Assembly: GCA_013239625.1 (NCBI GenBank)
Contig: MU054575.1
Location: 929,687-993,686 of the forward strand
Length of the DNA: 64,000 nucleotides
Direction of reading: 5' to 3'
Source of the DNA: Lama guanicoe
Taxonomy: Eukaryota
Every line of letters starts with the position of its first letter. Position 1 is the first letter of the stretch. This document shows, piece after piece, positions 11,001-22,460 of this stretch. The translations under genes and the position numbers were made by a program. The notes under the pieces are model-generated. The model made no database searches. It saw only the letters and a list, made by a program, of their open reading frames with translations, and was not told the DNA's origin.

Positions 11001-13019
11001 GTGGGTTTGGCTGTTGGCTCTTGGAGGACTGCAACTGTTTGGATTCCAATTTATAGCAATCTTTTTTCCAACGGCCAGGTTTGCTTCGGAGTCTCCATCT
11101 GCTGGAGTTGTCTTTCTTTCGATATCATAGTATCGGGTACTAGGTAACTGACCGGCCAGATTGACGATATCAGGGTAGACACAGTCTCCAATTCTATACA
11201 GGTTCTTCTGACGAACAGATTAATTCCTTGGTTAGGTCATTTAAAACATGGAGTTAAAAGCCCCCTGGCTGGAGTCAGCACCCACTAGAAGCCTGAAATT
11301 CCACTTGAACATGATGTGGGGCCTGCCAGAACAGCTACGGACAGGTACAGCACGCTTCCTGACACATGCCTGCATCTTCCAGTCCCTGGACTTGGGGGAG
11401 GCTCTAGGGGTGGCTTCATGTTGTCTTTTGGCTGTATGGAGAGCTTGGTCACACAACAGGGCAGGTGGCTGGTTTAGTTTAAGCCTTAGCGATTGTTCAG
11501 GGTTTTCTCCACCAGTTGTTTTAATCCAGTGCTGGGTTTGCCTTATTTTAGGCAAGCAAGTGGACTGACTGGTAGACTGCAGAGACCAAGCTGGCAAGTC
11601 AGGGTTTACAGTACTGAATTTCTCACCAAAGAGGCTCCTAAGCTATCTTGGGAAAGTTCCTTAGTTACAGCCCTAAACTTGACCTTTGCCCAAGGGGTGC
11701 AGGAAACTTGCTGTGGTCCAGTGTTGAAAGAGGAGGTTTTAATGGACTTGGTTGGTGAGGTTTCAGAGACAGGAAAGCAAGGAAGTTCAGACAGAGGGGA
11801 GGGGAAGGAGGCAGCAAAGAGATACACAGAAGAGGTGAAGCAGTGGGGGTAGACAGGACCTCAGCTCGCACTAAGATACAGAGGCCTCTCACATTTTTAA
11901 AAATCCATCTTTAGCTGTTTATTTGCTTGGAAATAAACAGGATTTGGGGATTTGGAAACAGGATTCTGTAAGAAGGCAATTTAAGAATCCTGAACACATT
12001 CAGGAGCCTCCAGATGACAATTAAAATAATGACCCCATTTGAATGGTTTAATCTGGTAGCCAGGGTCTTGGTTTGATGTTTGGGGAGATCAAAGGTTCCC
12101 TACAATGGCCAGTGGAGTTCTAAGTTATCCTTAGTAAGACTGGTCCATTTTACTAACTGTCTTAGCAAAGGTCCTCAATGTGTCCCCATGATAAGTGAAC
12201 GATTAAAATTAACTTGAATGTAATCAATATGTTTCTGTAAGACTTGAGAATTTCAATACAGCCTATAATTCTTATTAGGTTAGGACGGTAGTTAAACGAA
12301 CCCCACACCATAATTATTCGGCTCACGTAAGTCAGAGCACTAGTGACCGCACCCTGTCAACCTAACACGAAGCCTGGTCAGCCCCAGGGAACAGCTCCAA
12401 GCCCTGCAAGGACACCAGGTCGTGCTTTGGTTTAGGAGCACAACAGAGGGGCAAACAGGCCAGCTACTCGTCCCTACTCCAAGAGGGAGTTAGGACATCC
12501 CCGAAGGACACCACAACATCACCCACAAAACCTGGCCAGAATAGGAAGCCCTGGCTGAGGCAGCCCCGAGCTAGTCCATTTTGCTCTAATCTGTGGATCC
12601 CTTACCCAGTCTGTATCATTACATTCCTTAGTATTAGCCAAGTAATTATGTTGGAATTAACAAGCCAGCAGGTAAGTGAAAATATATCTAAAGTAAACCA
12701 CCAGATAACTATGTAAATATCTGAACTACTGGCAAAAGGTCTCGCAAATCAACACACCCTTCAATACACTTGTTATCTCTTATTGAAAAAAAGTGTTGAG
12801 ATCCTAAACTCATATAAGTAGTCCCAAACTTACGTTCAATCTGATTTCAATCATGTGTAAAGACTGATAACCTTTTTTTTTTAAGAGTTCTGAATTGGTA
12901 CTTTACTTTTTATTTGACAATTAATTATCTTTATATACCAGGGTCTTTTATATTACATCTTCTAGTGTCCCCATTGTAAGCATTAGAAGCACTGGTTTTT
13001 TTTTTGGAGGGGGGTAGAT

Positions 13020-13178
13020 ATATTTTTTCATTGAAGTACAGTTTACAATGTTGTGTCAATTTCTGGTGTATACAGAATAATGCTTCAGTCATACATATAC
13101 ATACATATATTCTTTTTAACCATAAGTTACTGTAAGATACTGAACATAGTTCCCTGTGCTACACAGGATGAACCTGTT
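13020..13178 (-). mobile_element. L1 3' end fragment (artiodactyl-type)
   Basis: 'ttgaagtacagtttacaatgttgtg...atagttccctgtgctacacag', typical of an L1 3' terminus. Confidence 0.7.
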
Positions 13179-13762
13179 ATGTATAAGACCGATAATCCAA
13201 TATATATGCACTTCCTTTTTCTTTTGGTATGATAAAAAAATTTATTTTAAAAAATTCACACATACTACATAGATAAACCAAGACTGGCAAATAGTTAACT
13301 ACTGTTGCTAAGAGTCAGGTAGTTAGGTATGGGGAATCACTACTTTTGGATATGCTGAAAACTTTTTATTATCACGTAAAAAAAAAAAGAATGGATAAAC
13401 AATACATTTGTCCTCCTACTGAAGAACAAAGCGCATGAAAGCATGGACCTGTCTACTTGCTCAACGCAGCAGTCCCTGTGGCAGGAGACAGTGGCCAAGC
13501 AATCTGCCTACCTCATTCACTCACTGCTGCTGAGTGAGTCTGCCTGTGTTATACGTACACAGCACGGGGTCAGGGATCCCTTGCATACCTGAGCCTCTCC
13601 CAAGCAGGTTCTGAAGACACACAGGAAGTCATGCCTGCTTAGAAGATCTAACTGTCATGACACAACAGTGGACTGTCTCTTCAGAAGCTTGCCAGAGACC
13701 AAGCCCTCAGTTTTCAGGAAGAAAGTAAAAAACAATTTCCCTTCCTTAACCAAAGCATTCCA

Positions 13763-13965
13763 GGGGTAGGTACAGCTCAGTGGTAGAGTGCATGCTTAGC
13801 ATACACAAGGTCTTGGGTTCAATCCCCAGTACCTCCTCTAAATAAATAAATAAATAAATAACCAACCAACCCTCATTACCTCCCCCTCCCCCCAAAATAG
13901 TAAAATGAATTAAAAAAAACTTAAAAAAATTTAAAAGAAACAAGTGAAATTAATTTAAAAATAAA
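13763..13965 (+). mobile_element. Vic-1-like SINE
   Basis: tRNA-like head, (TAAA)n, TSD accaaagcattcca / cccaaaacattcca. Confidence 0.85.
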
Positions 13966-14199
13966 ACCCAAAACATTCCATTTTTTACTCAAGACACAGT
14001 GGTTCTTCACTGCTATAGTTCCAATTTCCCCCTCCACTCTTCTCTCTGCAGCTCACTAGCATATGACTGAATGAGTCAAACATTTGAAAGTTTTTCTTAA
14101 TCCAAGGTCACCAAAGCTCTTCCTCTCCACCCCATTTACAACGGCCGTCACCCAAGTCCCCACTCCTCCCTACTTCTCTTCTCAAAAACACCTACCAAT

Positions 14200-14335
14200 A
14201 CTCAACTAGCTCGCCTGTCACCCACTGTGGAGTGCACGCCAGCAAGGCCTTTTGTCCGCTTTGCTCAGCACCCCAGAACCTAGAAGCGTGCCTCACAGAC
14301 TGAAGGCCTCCGTGAATGAAAGAACAAATAGATGT
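14200..14335 (+). mobile_element. L2 3' end fragment
   Basis: 'ccccagaacctagaagcgtgcct...gtgaatgaaagaa' L2 tail signature. Confidence 0.55.
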
Positions 14336-15115
14336 GAAGCGCTGCAAGCTACTTTGTGATAAAAGGACAAAAATGATGTTCCAACTTACAATACAACTAC
14401 ATGCTTATCACCTTTGTACAGATTTAAGCTGTATAATCCATCTTTCTACTGCACAACTACTGAACAGAAGCCATCTTACCTCATTTTCGAATAGGCTTTT
14501 TGAGATAATAAAATGAACAGTACAAACATTGAAAAAAAAAGTCTCATGACCCAGAATGGAAGCACATTTAAGAACAACAGTGACAAGGTATATCTGTAAG
14601 AGGAAATGTAAGGCTACACAGCAGGTGACCAAGATCAGAAAGCAGAGTTCACAAAGTGATCTTTTGTAGTTTTCTTACTACAGAAATATACTGCTGCTCT
14701 TGTCGTTAACTATTCATGAAATTTAAAATTCAATGGCAAACAATGTAAAGCAGCCCTGTCTTCTCTGAAAAGGGCAGGGGAGAAAACCAACGGTTGTCAA
14801 ATAAAAACAAACCTATGTCATCACAAACTATTTCTTGGAAACTGTCGTAACAGTCCAACACAAAAGTCTTCACTACCCATTAGTAAGGGTTTCCTTTGTG
14901 CTCAAGGGAAAAAAAATCTCACAACTACAGTTTAGGAAGGCAAGTATTCACTAAACTAGGAGATATGGTTCAAAGTAAGCTAAGGCCAGAGAAGAGCGAC
15001 TTCCTGCAGTAACTCCGCATCAGCTACATTCTAGTTCTGAAATTATCCCAATGGTAGGACAGATAAACTAAGTGGTTTATCAGCCTTTTACTTTGGATGC
15101 CTAAACACAATTCCT

Positions 15116-15278
15116 CTTTTTTTTTTTTTAATGAATGAAGTCTTTGAGCTTCTTCGATTTATTTATTTATTTGGGGGACAGATTAGGTTTCTTTCTTTAT
15201 TTTTAGAGGAGGTACTGGGGATTGTACCAAGGACCTCATCCGTGCTAAGCATGCTACCACTTGAGCTATACCCTCCCC
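15116..15278 (-). mobile_element. Vic-1-like SINE (inverted partner of the next element)
   Basis: Reverse-complement head 'gagctataccctcccc' with a poly-T tail on the left. Confidence 0.8.
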
Positions 15279-15307
15279 ACATTTCCCTTTAAAAAACAAA
15301 AAAGTGA

Positions 15308-15445
15308 GGGGGCGGGTATAGCTCAGTGTTAGAGTGCACGCCTAGCATGCAGGAGGTCCTGGGTTCAATCCCCAGTACCTCTACTAAGTAAATAAACTTA
15401 ATTATCTCCCCTCCAAAACATAAACAAATGAAAATAAAAAACAAA
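15308..15445 (+). mobile_element. Vic-1-like SINE
   Basis: 'ggggcgggtatagctcagtgttagagtgcacgcctagcatgcaggaggtcctgggttcaatcccc', TSD aaaaacaaaaaagt. Confidence 0.85.
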
Positions 15446-18293
15446 AAAGTAAGCACTCCTTACATAACAATCCCAGACCAATCGCCCAACAAACTCCTCA
15501 CTGCTGCCTTATTATTCAAACCGGCCATCACTGGGAGCACTGGTTCTTCCCCATTTCATACAGCTGATACCCTCCTGCCCAGATACTATTCTTCAAAAAC
15601 AAACAAACAAGAAAACTGGGTTCACTGGCAAATTTTTTGGAAGTACAACATGAACTTATCGAAACAGTTTTAAACCACTGTTAAACTGTGGGCAATGAAC
15701 AAAAAGGAAGAAAAACACTCTGAAAATGAGTAACTCTGAACTTTGTTATCTCACGTATACACGTGTGTTTGAGGTCACCTCCTGAAGCCAGAAGACTATC
15801 AACTGCTCCAATGAAGGAAAGTGGAGAAAGCTTCAGTCTGAACCCCAGCTGGTCAGAGAACTGCAGATACAGGGAATTAATGTGCTCTCAATATCAGGCT
15901 GCTAAAAATCCTGACAGGTTAATGGAACTATTTTAACTGAAGATTCAAGTATAAATTCACAGACTGCAATGTGTTGATGAACACATTCCAACTCAAAGCA
16001 CTCAATTTCTGTAAAATCATGAACTACATCATACAGAGAAAAATCTCTAAACTCAAAATACCACAGAAGAGCCTGATAATCTAAACCATCAATTCACAAA
16101 ACTACAATGCCTGGATATTTTCAGAGGACAACAATCCCAAAACACATGTATTCTTTCCAGAATTCAGCTCACTGAGGTTATCAAATCAAAAATGACAAAC
16201 TCAGCCATGGTACAGAACCCATTCAACGTCTCCACTCACTGTTCTACATATCATTTTCAAAGATAATGTCACATAAGTACTTAGATGTTATCTCATGATC
16301 CAGAGGCACATTCAATCACAAACACTCGAAATTAGTAACACCGTTCAACCAGGGGAGGAAAAAAAAATAAAAAAAGACTGCAAATGTATGTGTAATAACA
16401 GGTATTTAAGACAGCACTACACAATTAGAATTACTTTGTATAATTATAAACAACTATTTTGAGAATAATAATTCTCATACCATGAGACAAGGTCTTAAGC
16501 TTCTAGTGAAAATGTCCCTAAGTAAACCTGGGAAGGTTACAATTTCTATTTTTATTTTATCTTTAAAATTAATTTCTGTTGTTACTTTAATTCTGTAAGA
16601 AATTAAGCTTTGCAATGTTTTTCTTGACCAACAGTCATATCCTCAGTTGTCTTCCAAATTTCAGAACAAAAATGATAACTTACCTTCAAAAGATTAAAGA
16701 AAAAACTTTCCTTCTCCCAAAACAAGTTAAAAAAAAAAAAGGAAGAAAGAAAAGAAGAAAAAGAAAAAAAAGTAGCTAGCAGATTCGAGAAAATTCATTT
16801 TCTGGGTTATTTTTCCTGTCAACTCTACCTTAATAAAGTTAACCACTGATAACTTTAATTTTTAAACCATCTCCCTCTGCTTTAGTCACTCATTTAATCT
16901 TTTAAACGTATCCCTACTCTATTACCACCTTTCTCAGGAGTTCATTTTACATTTGTGTATTATTTATCCCACTAGCAACTGTTAATAATCAATCTGAAAT
17001 TATTTCCAGATTCTATTATGGGAAGCATTCAGCATTCTGGGGAATCACACTTTGGAGCTGGAAGTGATCGACCAGCTAAAATTCTCAAAAACTAGTCTTC
17101 TGTTAGGTTCAGTGCAATAATAAAAACAATTTCTTATTAAAACTTCCTTTATTTTCTATACAGAAACAGTAAAACTGGGCAAAGTGAAAACCGCCTGCCT
17201 TACAGGGCCTTAAGCTTCCTCAGTGGTTAAAAGGAACAGTACTTATCTCATAAGGTTATCAGACTATCATTACGAGTTGACGCAGCCAAAGAGATTATCG
17301 GAGGCCACGGTGTGCAGTACAGTCACTAGTCATCTCGAGGTACAGTTACTACTGCAGGAAGGCAGGAACTTTAAAAAGGGCAATTTTAAGTTCCACGACT
17401 TCCCCTGCTTGCTTGTACGAGAGAATTTTCACAAGCCTGTATGTATGCTTTACACCTACACGCAGGTAAAGCAGAGTGAGCATGTGAACCAAAGCCCGGA
17501 CCGACGCGTCCCAAGGATTCCTTTGAGAGTGTAGGACAGTGACGACCCTGCTAGGTGAGTGCACACGCGCCCACACCAGTGACCGGACACAGCCCTCCTA
17601 GGGGCCTAAAGGCTTCTTGCCGGGCTCACCTTAGACCACAGAGAACTGCGGACGGTGGCAAGTCTTACCACCACCAGGCAGCCCTTTCCTGGGAGGAAAA
17701 AGCAGTCAGAAAACAAGAGATCGGGGGGGGGGGCGCGGGGAGGACAGTGGCCTAGCATTCAGGTAAAAAGACACCAGTGTGTCTGCTGTCACATCTCTGA
17801 GCCGAGACATGCATGGCACCGTTCCATCCGTGACGTGCCCGCGCCACCGAACTCTCCCTTCTTGGAAGGTCCACTTCTCCGTCTGCAGGATGACGTTAGA
17901 CAGTAGCGCAGGCTAGCCGGCCGCCCCGTCCCGCGTGTCCGTTAGTCCGCCGCGGGCGCACGCCGCCGCCGCCCGTGCCCCCTGCGCGGCCTCCAGCACC
18001 ACCCCGGACCGCGCCGGGTCCCACTTTCTCCGCAAACGCAGCAGCCCCGCCGCACCGACGCGGGGACGGAGCCCGCCGCGGCGCGCGCTCACTCTCCGCG
18101 CGGAGAGCTCCGGTTCCGAAAACAAAGGTCCTTGGGCGGCTCTGCGTTCGCCCCGGACCCCGCGGCCTTAACCTTCGCGGGACGCCGCGGGGCCGGCAGG
18201 CGGGAGCCGCGCGGGAACAAAGCGCTCCTGACCTTCAGGAGCGGGGCGGGGCGGGGCGCGCCAGCTGCCACCGCCCCGCCGCCGCCGCCCGGC

Positions 18294-18331
18294 NNNNNNN
18301 NNNNNNNNNNNNNNNNNNNNNNNNNNNNNNN
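18294..18331. other. Assembly gap (run of N) in the GC-rich start of NAP1L4 intron 1
   Basis: 38 N bases. Confidence 0.99.
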
Positions 18332-18415
18332 GGGCCTCGTCCCCACCGCCCCTGTCCCGCCAGCTACGCCAGCCGCCCCAGCCGCCGTTACCCGGTCGAG
18401 CCCTCGCGTCCATAC

Positions 18416-18495
18416 CTCACGCCTCCTGCGGCAGTAGCGGCGGCCGTGTCTACTTCGCTCGCTCCGGGACTGCGCCGCCGTGGCCGCCAATAACG
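18416..18495 (-). other. NAP1L4: NAP1L4 non-coding exon 1 (5' UTR)
   Basis: ...GCCGCAGGAGGCGTGAG|GTATGG donor inside the CpG island, just downstream of CCAAT and GC boxes; 5' end approximate. Confidence 0.75.
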
Positions 18496-20009
18496 CCGCC
18501 TCCCATTGGCTGAGCCTCTGGCCCCGCCCTCCACGAGCAAACTGGGCTGCGATTGGGCGGGCATGGCGCAAGTCAACTACGCTTCGGCGCCGATGGTGAC
18601 GACCAATCAGAGGCCGCAGAGGAGGCGCCAAGCTGAGCCCGGCAGAGACCCGCGGGCCGCATGCAAACAGGAGTGTGTGACGTCTGCGGGGGCGCGCGTC
18701 CGCGTTCCTTCTGCCTCTTTAAGGGCCGGGGGCGCGCGGAAGCCACGTGGTGGGCGCCTGCGGCAGAGCACCCCCCAACCCCCGCCGTCGCACCGCCTTC
18801 CCACCCCCCCAACCCCGGCCTGCGCTGTGCATTCCTCACCCCGCCCACCTCTCCTCCTGCGCGGTCCCCCTCCCCAGGCCCCGTAGGACTGGGTGCCATC
18901 TCCTGGCCCAGTCATCCCCCGCGCCCCCTAGTTCCTCTGGTTGAGTTCCACCGCCAGGAGCGCGCGCTGACCCCACCGACCTCCGGCGACCCCATCGCCT
19001 GGGCCTCTCCCCTCAAATTCCTGGGCTGTTCCTGCCTGCGGGGCGTGACACGCGGGGTCCCGTCTTCCTCACCCACCCCCACCCCATCCCGCACACTCAC
19101 GTGCTCTTTTGGACAGCGCCCAGGCCTTCCCTCCCCAGTCTCTCAGCCTGGCTTCAGCTTGGCAGAGCCACTGGCCAGAAGGGCAGGGGGTGCTGGGCCT
19201 CATCTGAGTTCCTAGAAAAGCATTAATCTAAAAACTGCATGAGTAAGATGACAATTTGGTTGGAAACCCATATTCCCCAGGCCTGGTCTTCTGAGAGAAT
19301 TTATTTCTATGCACTATCTTCAGTTACGGGAGGGTCTTTGATTATTTCTGTCCGTTTCTTCAGAAATTTTACTTTCTTTGAGTGGCGTCTGAAACACTCC
19401 TAACTTTCAGCAAGTTCCTGTTCTATGGTGTTGGGGGATGGGAGGAGTCTGAAACCATCCCGAGGTTCCTGTTAGGGACATAAGGTCAGTTACAAACCAC
19501 AGGGTGGCCAGCAAGTGCCCGGCTGTGACCCTCACAGCTGAGACTGGCCTCTGCCCGCGTCTGAACTGGGAGGATGTGTGTGTCCTTCCTGTTTGCTTTA
19601 CCTGGATCTTTCCTGCAATGACTTTGCTTTGCTTTTGGCGAGGTTGGGGCAGAGCTGGAGGGTGGAGGGGGAACATAAGCTACTCCAAAAGTAGGAAGCC
19701 CAGCATTTTCAGGTTTGGAGGTCTTTCCTCCGCCTGGTTAGTAAAGTCTCAAACCCTCAGAGGCCACCGGATCTCGTCCTGCCTGGATGCTGGGGGCTGG
19801 TGCAGGTGGCATCGAGCTGGTGGAGTCCTCTCCAGAGCCGGCCACCATGCCAGTGGTAGTTAGGTGGCCTGGTGGGCTGGTAGCTGGGTCTGGTCCTTGG
19901 TGGAATGGCTGTGGTGGTGCGACTGTTCCCCGGGTCACTTGAGTGAGTTGGTGGGAAGGTGGGTGACATCGTCCAAAGCCCTTCTGTCTATGACAATACT
20001 GAGAATGCT

Positions 20010-20410
20010 GTTCTGATTTCTTGCCACAGCAAAGGAACACAAACAGTGGGGCTTAGAAAACAGCAGCATTGTGTTCTCTCAGGGTTCTGGCAGCTAGGAG
20101 GCAGAAATCGAGACGCCACGGGGCTGGGCTCCCTTCAAAGGCTCTAGGGGAGGACTCTCTGCCTATGCCAGCTTCTTGGGGCTCCAGGCCGTCTTGGGTT
20201 TGTGGCTGTTCTCACTCCAGTCCCTGCCTGATCTTCACATAGCCTTCTCTGTGTCTCCACGTGTCCTCTGCTTAGAAAGACACTCCAGTCCCTGCACTAG
20301 GGCCCACCCTAATGGCCTCATCTTAACTTTATCACATCTGCAAATCCCCTGTTTCTGACCATCAAGTGCACAGGTTCTGGGAGTAGGGGTTGAACCTGTA
20401 ACTGGGAGGC
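20010..20410. mobile_element. MaLR MLT1-type solo LTR
   Basis: 'cacaaacagtggggcttagaaaacagcagcatt...ggctctaggggagga...ggcccaccctaatggcctcatcttaact' MLT1 hallmarks. Confidence 0.7.
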
Positions 20411-21879
20411 TGCCATTTGGCCCACAGCACCTTGAGGCGGTGCCCTGGCCGTTGCCTCGACCCATGGGCTGTGCACAAGAGAGCAGGGGTAAAGGGGCAG
20501 GTGTTCCTGGGTGGAACCACCGGAGCCAGAGCCCTGCTCTACCCAATTCTAGCGGGGTGGCCTTGGCTGAGAAGCTGGCACCTGCTTTGTGGGACTGGGG
20601 AGAGTTGGATCAGCACTGGGTGAGTGGCCAGTTTGGTGTGGGTCTGTTCTGGTTACTGCAGCTGCCTGGCAAGGGCCAGGAACTAAGTGCCTGGGGACAC
20701 GACATGTGGCGAGGGGGAAGGCTCTTCCCTTTAGTCCCTGCGCAGAAAATCCTGTCTGGTAAGCCGCTGGGCCTGCGTTGCCCCAGGTGACATCTGGTCC
20801 ACCACAGCCAAAGGCCCTGATGCTCAGGGTGGCATGTGCAGCCACCTCGGAGCCAGCACACTGAGTCCAGGGCCACTCTGGGCTGCCCTTTGACAGGCCA
20901 GAAGGGCCAACTTTGGGGCCTGCTTGTGGCGCAGACACTGCCTGGAGAAAGCAGGCAGGGCCCGGGATGGTAGAGCCCTCCTGTCCGCACCCCCGGCCTG
21001 CCACTCTGGGGCTCATGTAGGTTTGGGAGAAGGCCCCTTTTGGGGGTTTGTGAGTGATAGCAAGATCCTGTCTACCCACATTTTCCTTTGTGGGCTCCCA
21101 CCTGTCGTTTAGGTCCAGCTGGAAGTACTCTCCTCAGAGGGCCCTTCTTTGAACACCCCTACTGCCACCTACCCCTGCCTTATTTCCACCACAGCACTAT
21201 CGCCAGCTTTCTTGAAGTATGTTCACTCAATCAGGAGCAAGTCTGTCCCCCCTACTAGAAGAAAAAGTAGCAGGAAGGCTTCCAGGAGGAAGTGGTGCTC
21301 CAGATACCTGAGAACTGTAGGAGAGGGCGGAGCGCGTGCGGAGGCAGGAGGCGGGCAGCACAGGGCATTCCAGGACCTACAGACAGCTGGCAGGGGTGGG
21401 GGGGGCTCACACCCTGCAGGGAGCTCCTGGCAGATGTCCGGGCACACGTTTGCACGACAGAGATTTCAGGGCGGGGGACAGCGGGTGATGCCTCAGCCAG
21501 GCTGCACTCCGTGGCCTCACCTGCAAGGAGGAGTGACGGGGGGGGGGTGTTGCCAGCAGGGTGCCAGGCTCAGAGTGATGCCAGCAATGCCACCCCATGC
21601 CCTCTGCCTGGGTCAGACGTTTCCCCAGACCTCGGGCACTGAGTCTGATTCCCCAACAGAAAGGGGAATAGGAATCCACTGCAGTTGTCCTCATGCGGAA
21701 CGGCTCTTTGAAACCTGCGAAATGTCCGTCTGTGTCTATTGTGAAATTAGGCAACGTTCCTCGCCTGCCTGCACTGACTATATTTTCTGCCCCCACCCAT
21801 TATAGTCACATATGGGTTTATTTAAATAAAGCACTAAGTCATATTAAATGTGCTGAAGAGGCCAAAGTTCAGGGATGGA

Positions 21880-22460
21880 TATCTGCTGGTTCCTGGGGCT
21901 GTCACAAGGAGGTACCAAAAATGGCAGAGCTTCAACAACAGAAAGCTGTTCTTTCCCAGTTCTGGACAGCCAAGCCTGAAGCTGAGGTGTGGGCAGGGTC
22001 CCGCTCCCTCCAGAGGCTCTAGGGGAGGGCCTTTCTGCCTCTTCCAGCTCCAGGGGCTCCAGGTGCCCCCGGGCTCGTGGCCACAGCACTACAGCCTCTG
22101 TCCTCACATGGCCTCTCCCTGGGTCTGTGTCTCCCCTTTTACAGATACAAGTCATTTGGATTTAGGGCTCACCCTACTCCAGGGCGACCTCTCCTTCTTC
22201 TTCTTCTTTTTTTTTTTTTTTTTTGGAGGGGGAAGGTAATTAGGTTTATCTATTTACTTATTTTACTGGAGGTCCTGGGGCTTGAACCCAGGACCTCATG
22301 CATGCTAAGCACGCACTCTGTAACTGAGCCCCACCCACCCAGCCAGTGCGACCGCTTCTTAGCCTGACTACATTTGCAAAGACACTGTCTCCAACAAGCT
22401 CGCGCTGTGGAGTTCTGGGTGAACGTGAGTTTTAGGGGGACACTACTCAACTCAATACAG
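21880..22460. mobile_element. MLT1-type LTR interrupted by a SINE
   Basis: MLT1 motifs 'cagttctggacagccaagcctgaagctgaggtgtgggcaggg' and 'gtcatttggatttagggctcaccct'; resumes after 22340. Confidence 0.7.
22197..22340 (-). mobile_element. Vic-1-like SINE
   Basis: Reverse tRNA-like head and poly-T tail. Confidence 0.8.

Larger units (their letters stand above)
4861..12165 (-). mobile_element. Decayed class I (ERV1, gammaretrovirus-like) endogenous retrovirus: gag-pro-pol-env-3'LTR, 5' end apparently truncated
   Basis: Minus-strand remnants in retroviral order: MA 'KWTSLTKDNLELHWPL*GTFDLPK' (~12085-12155), NC knuckle 'KPGRWKKDCYK' (~11050-11085), RT 'DLSSVFFS...LLQYVDGLL' and 'GFLGLTGYC', RNase H 'NPDLVWF...SAQQAE', integrase 'WQVDFIQLP' and 'AYHPQLSG', GPY/F 'PHWKDPYQVL', env, PPT and LTR. 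Many stops and frameshifts. Confidence 0.92.
17880..19120. promoter_or_regulatory. NAP1L4 CpG-island promoter
   Basis: CpG-dense; CCAAT/ATTGG boxes near 18505, 18552 and 18603; GC box near 18522; CRE-like TGACGTC near 18678. Confidence 0.85.

Noticed and set aside
17913-19215. Many overlapping ORFs at the NAP1L4 CpG island (and likewise at 63023-63986)
   Set aside because: Stop-poor CpG-island sequence; only CARS1 exon 1 has coding support.
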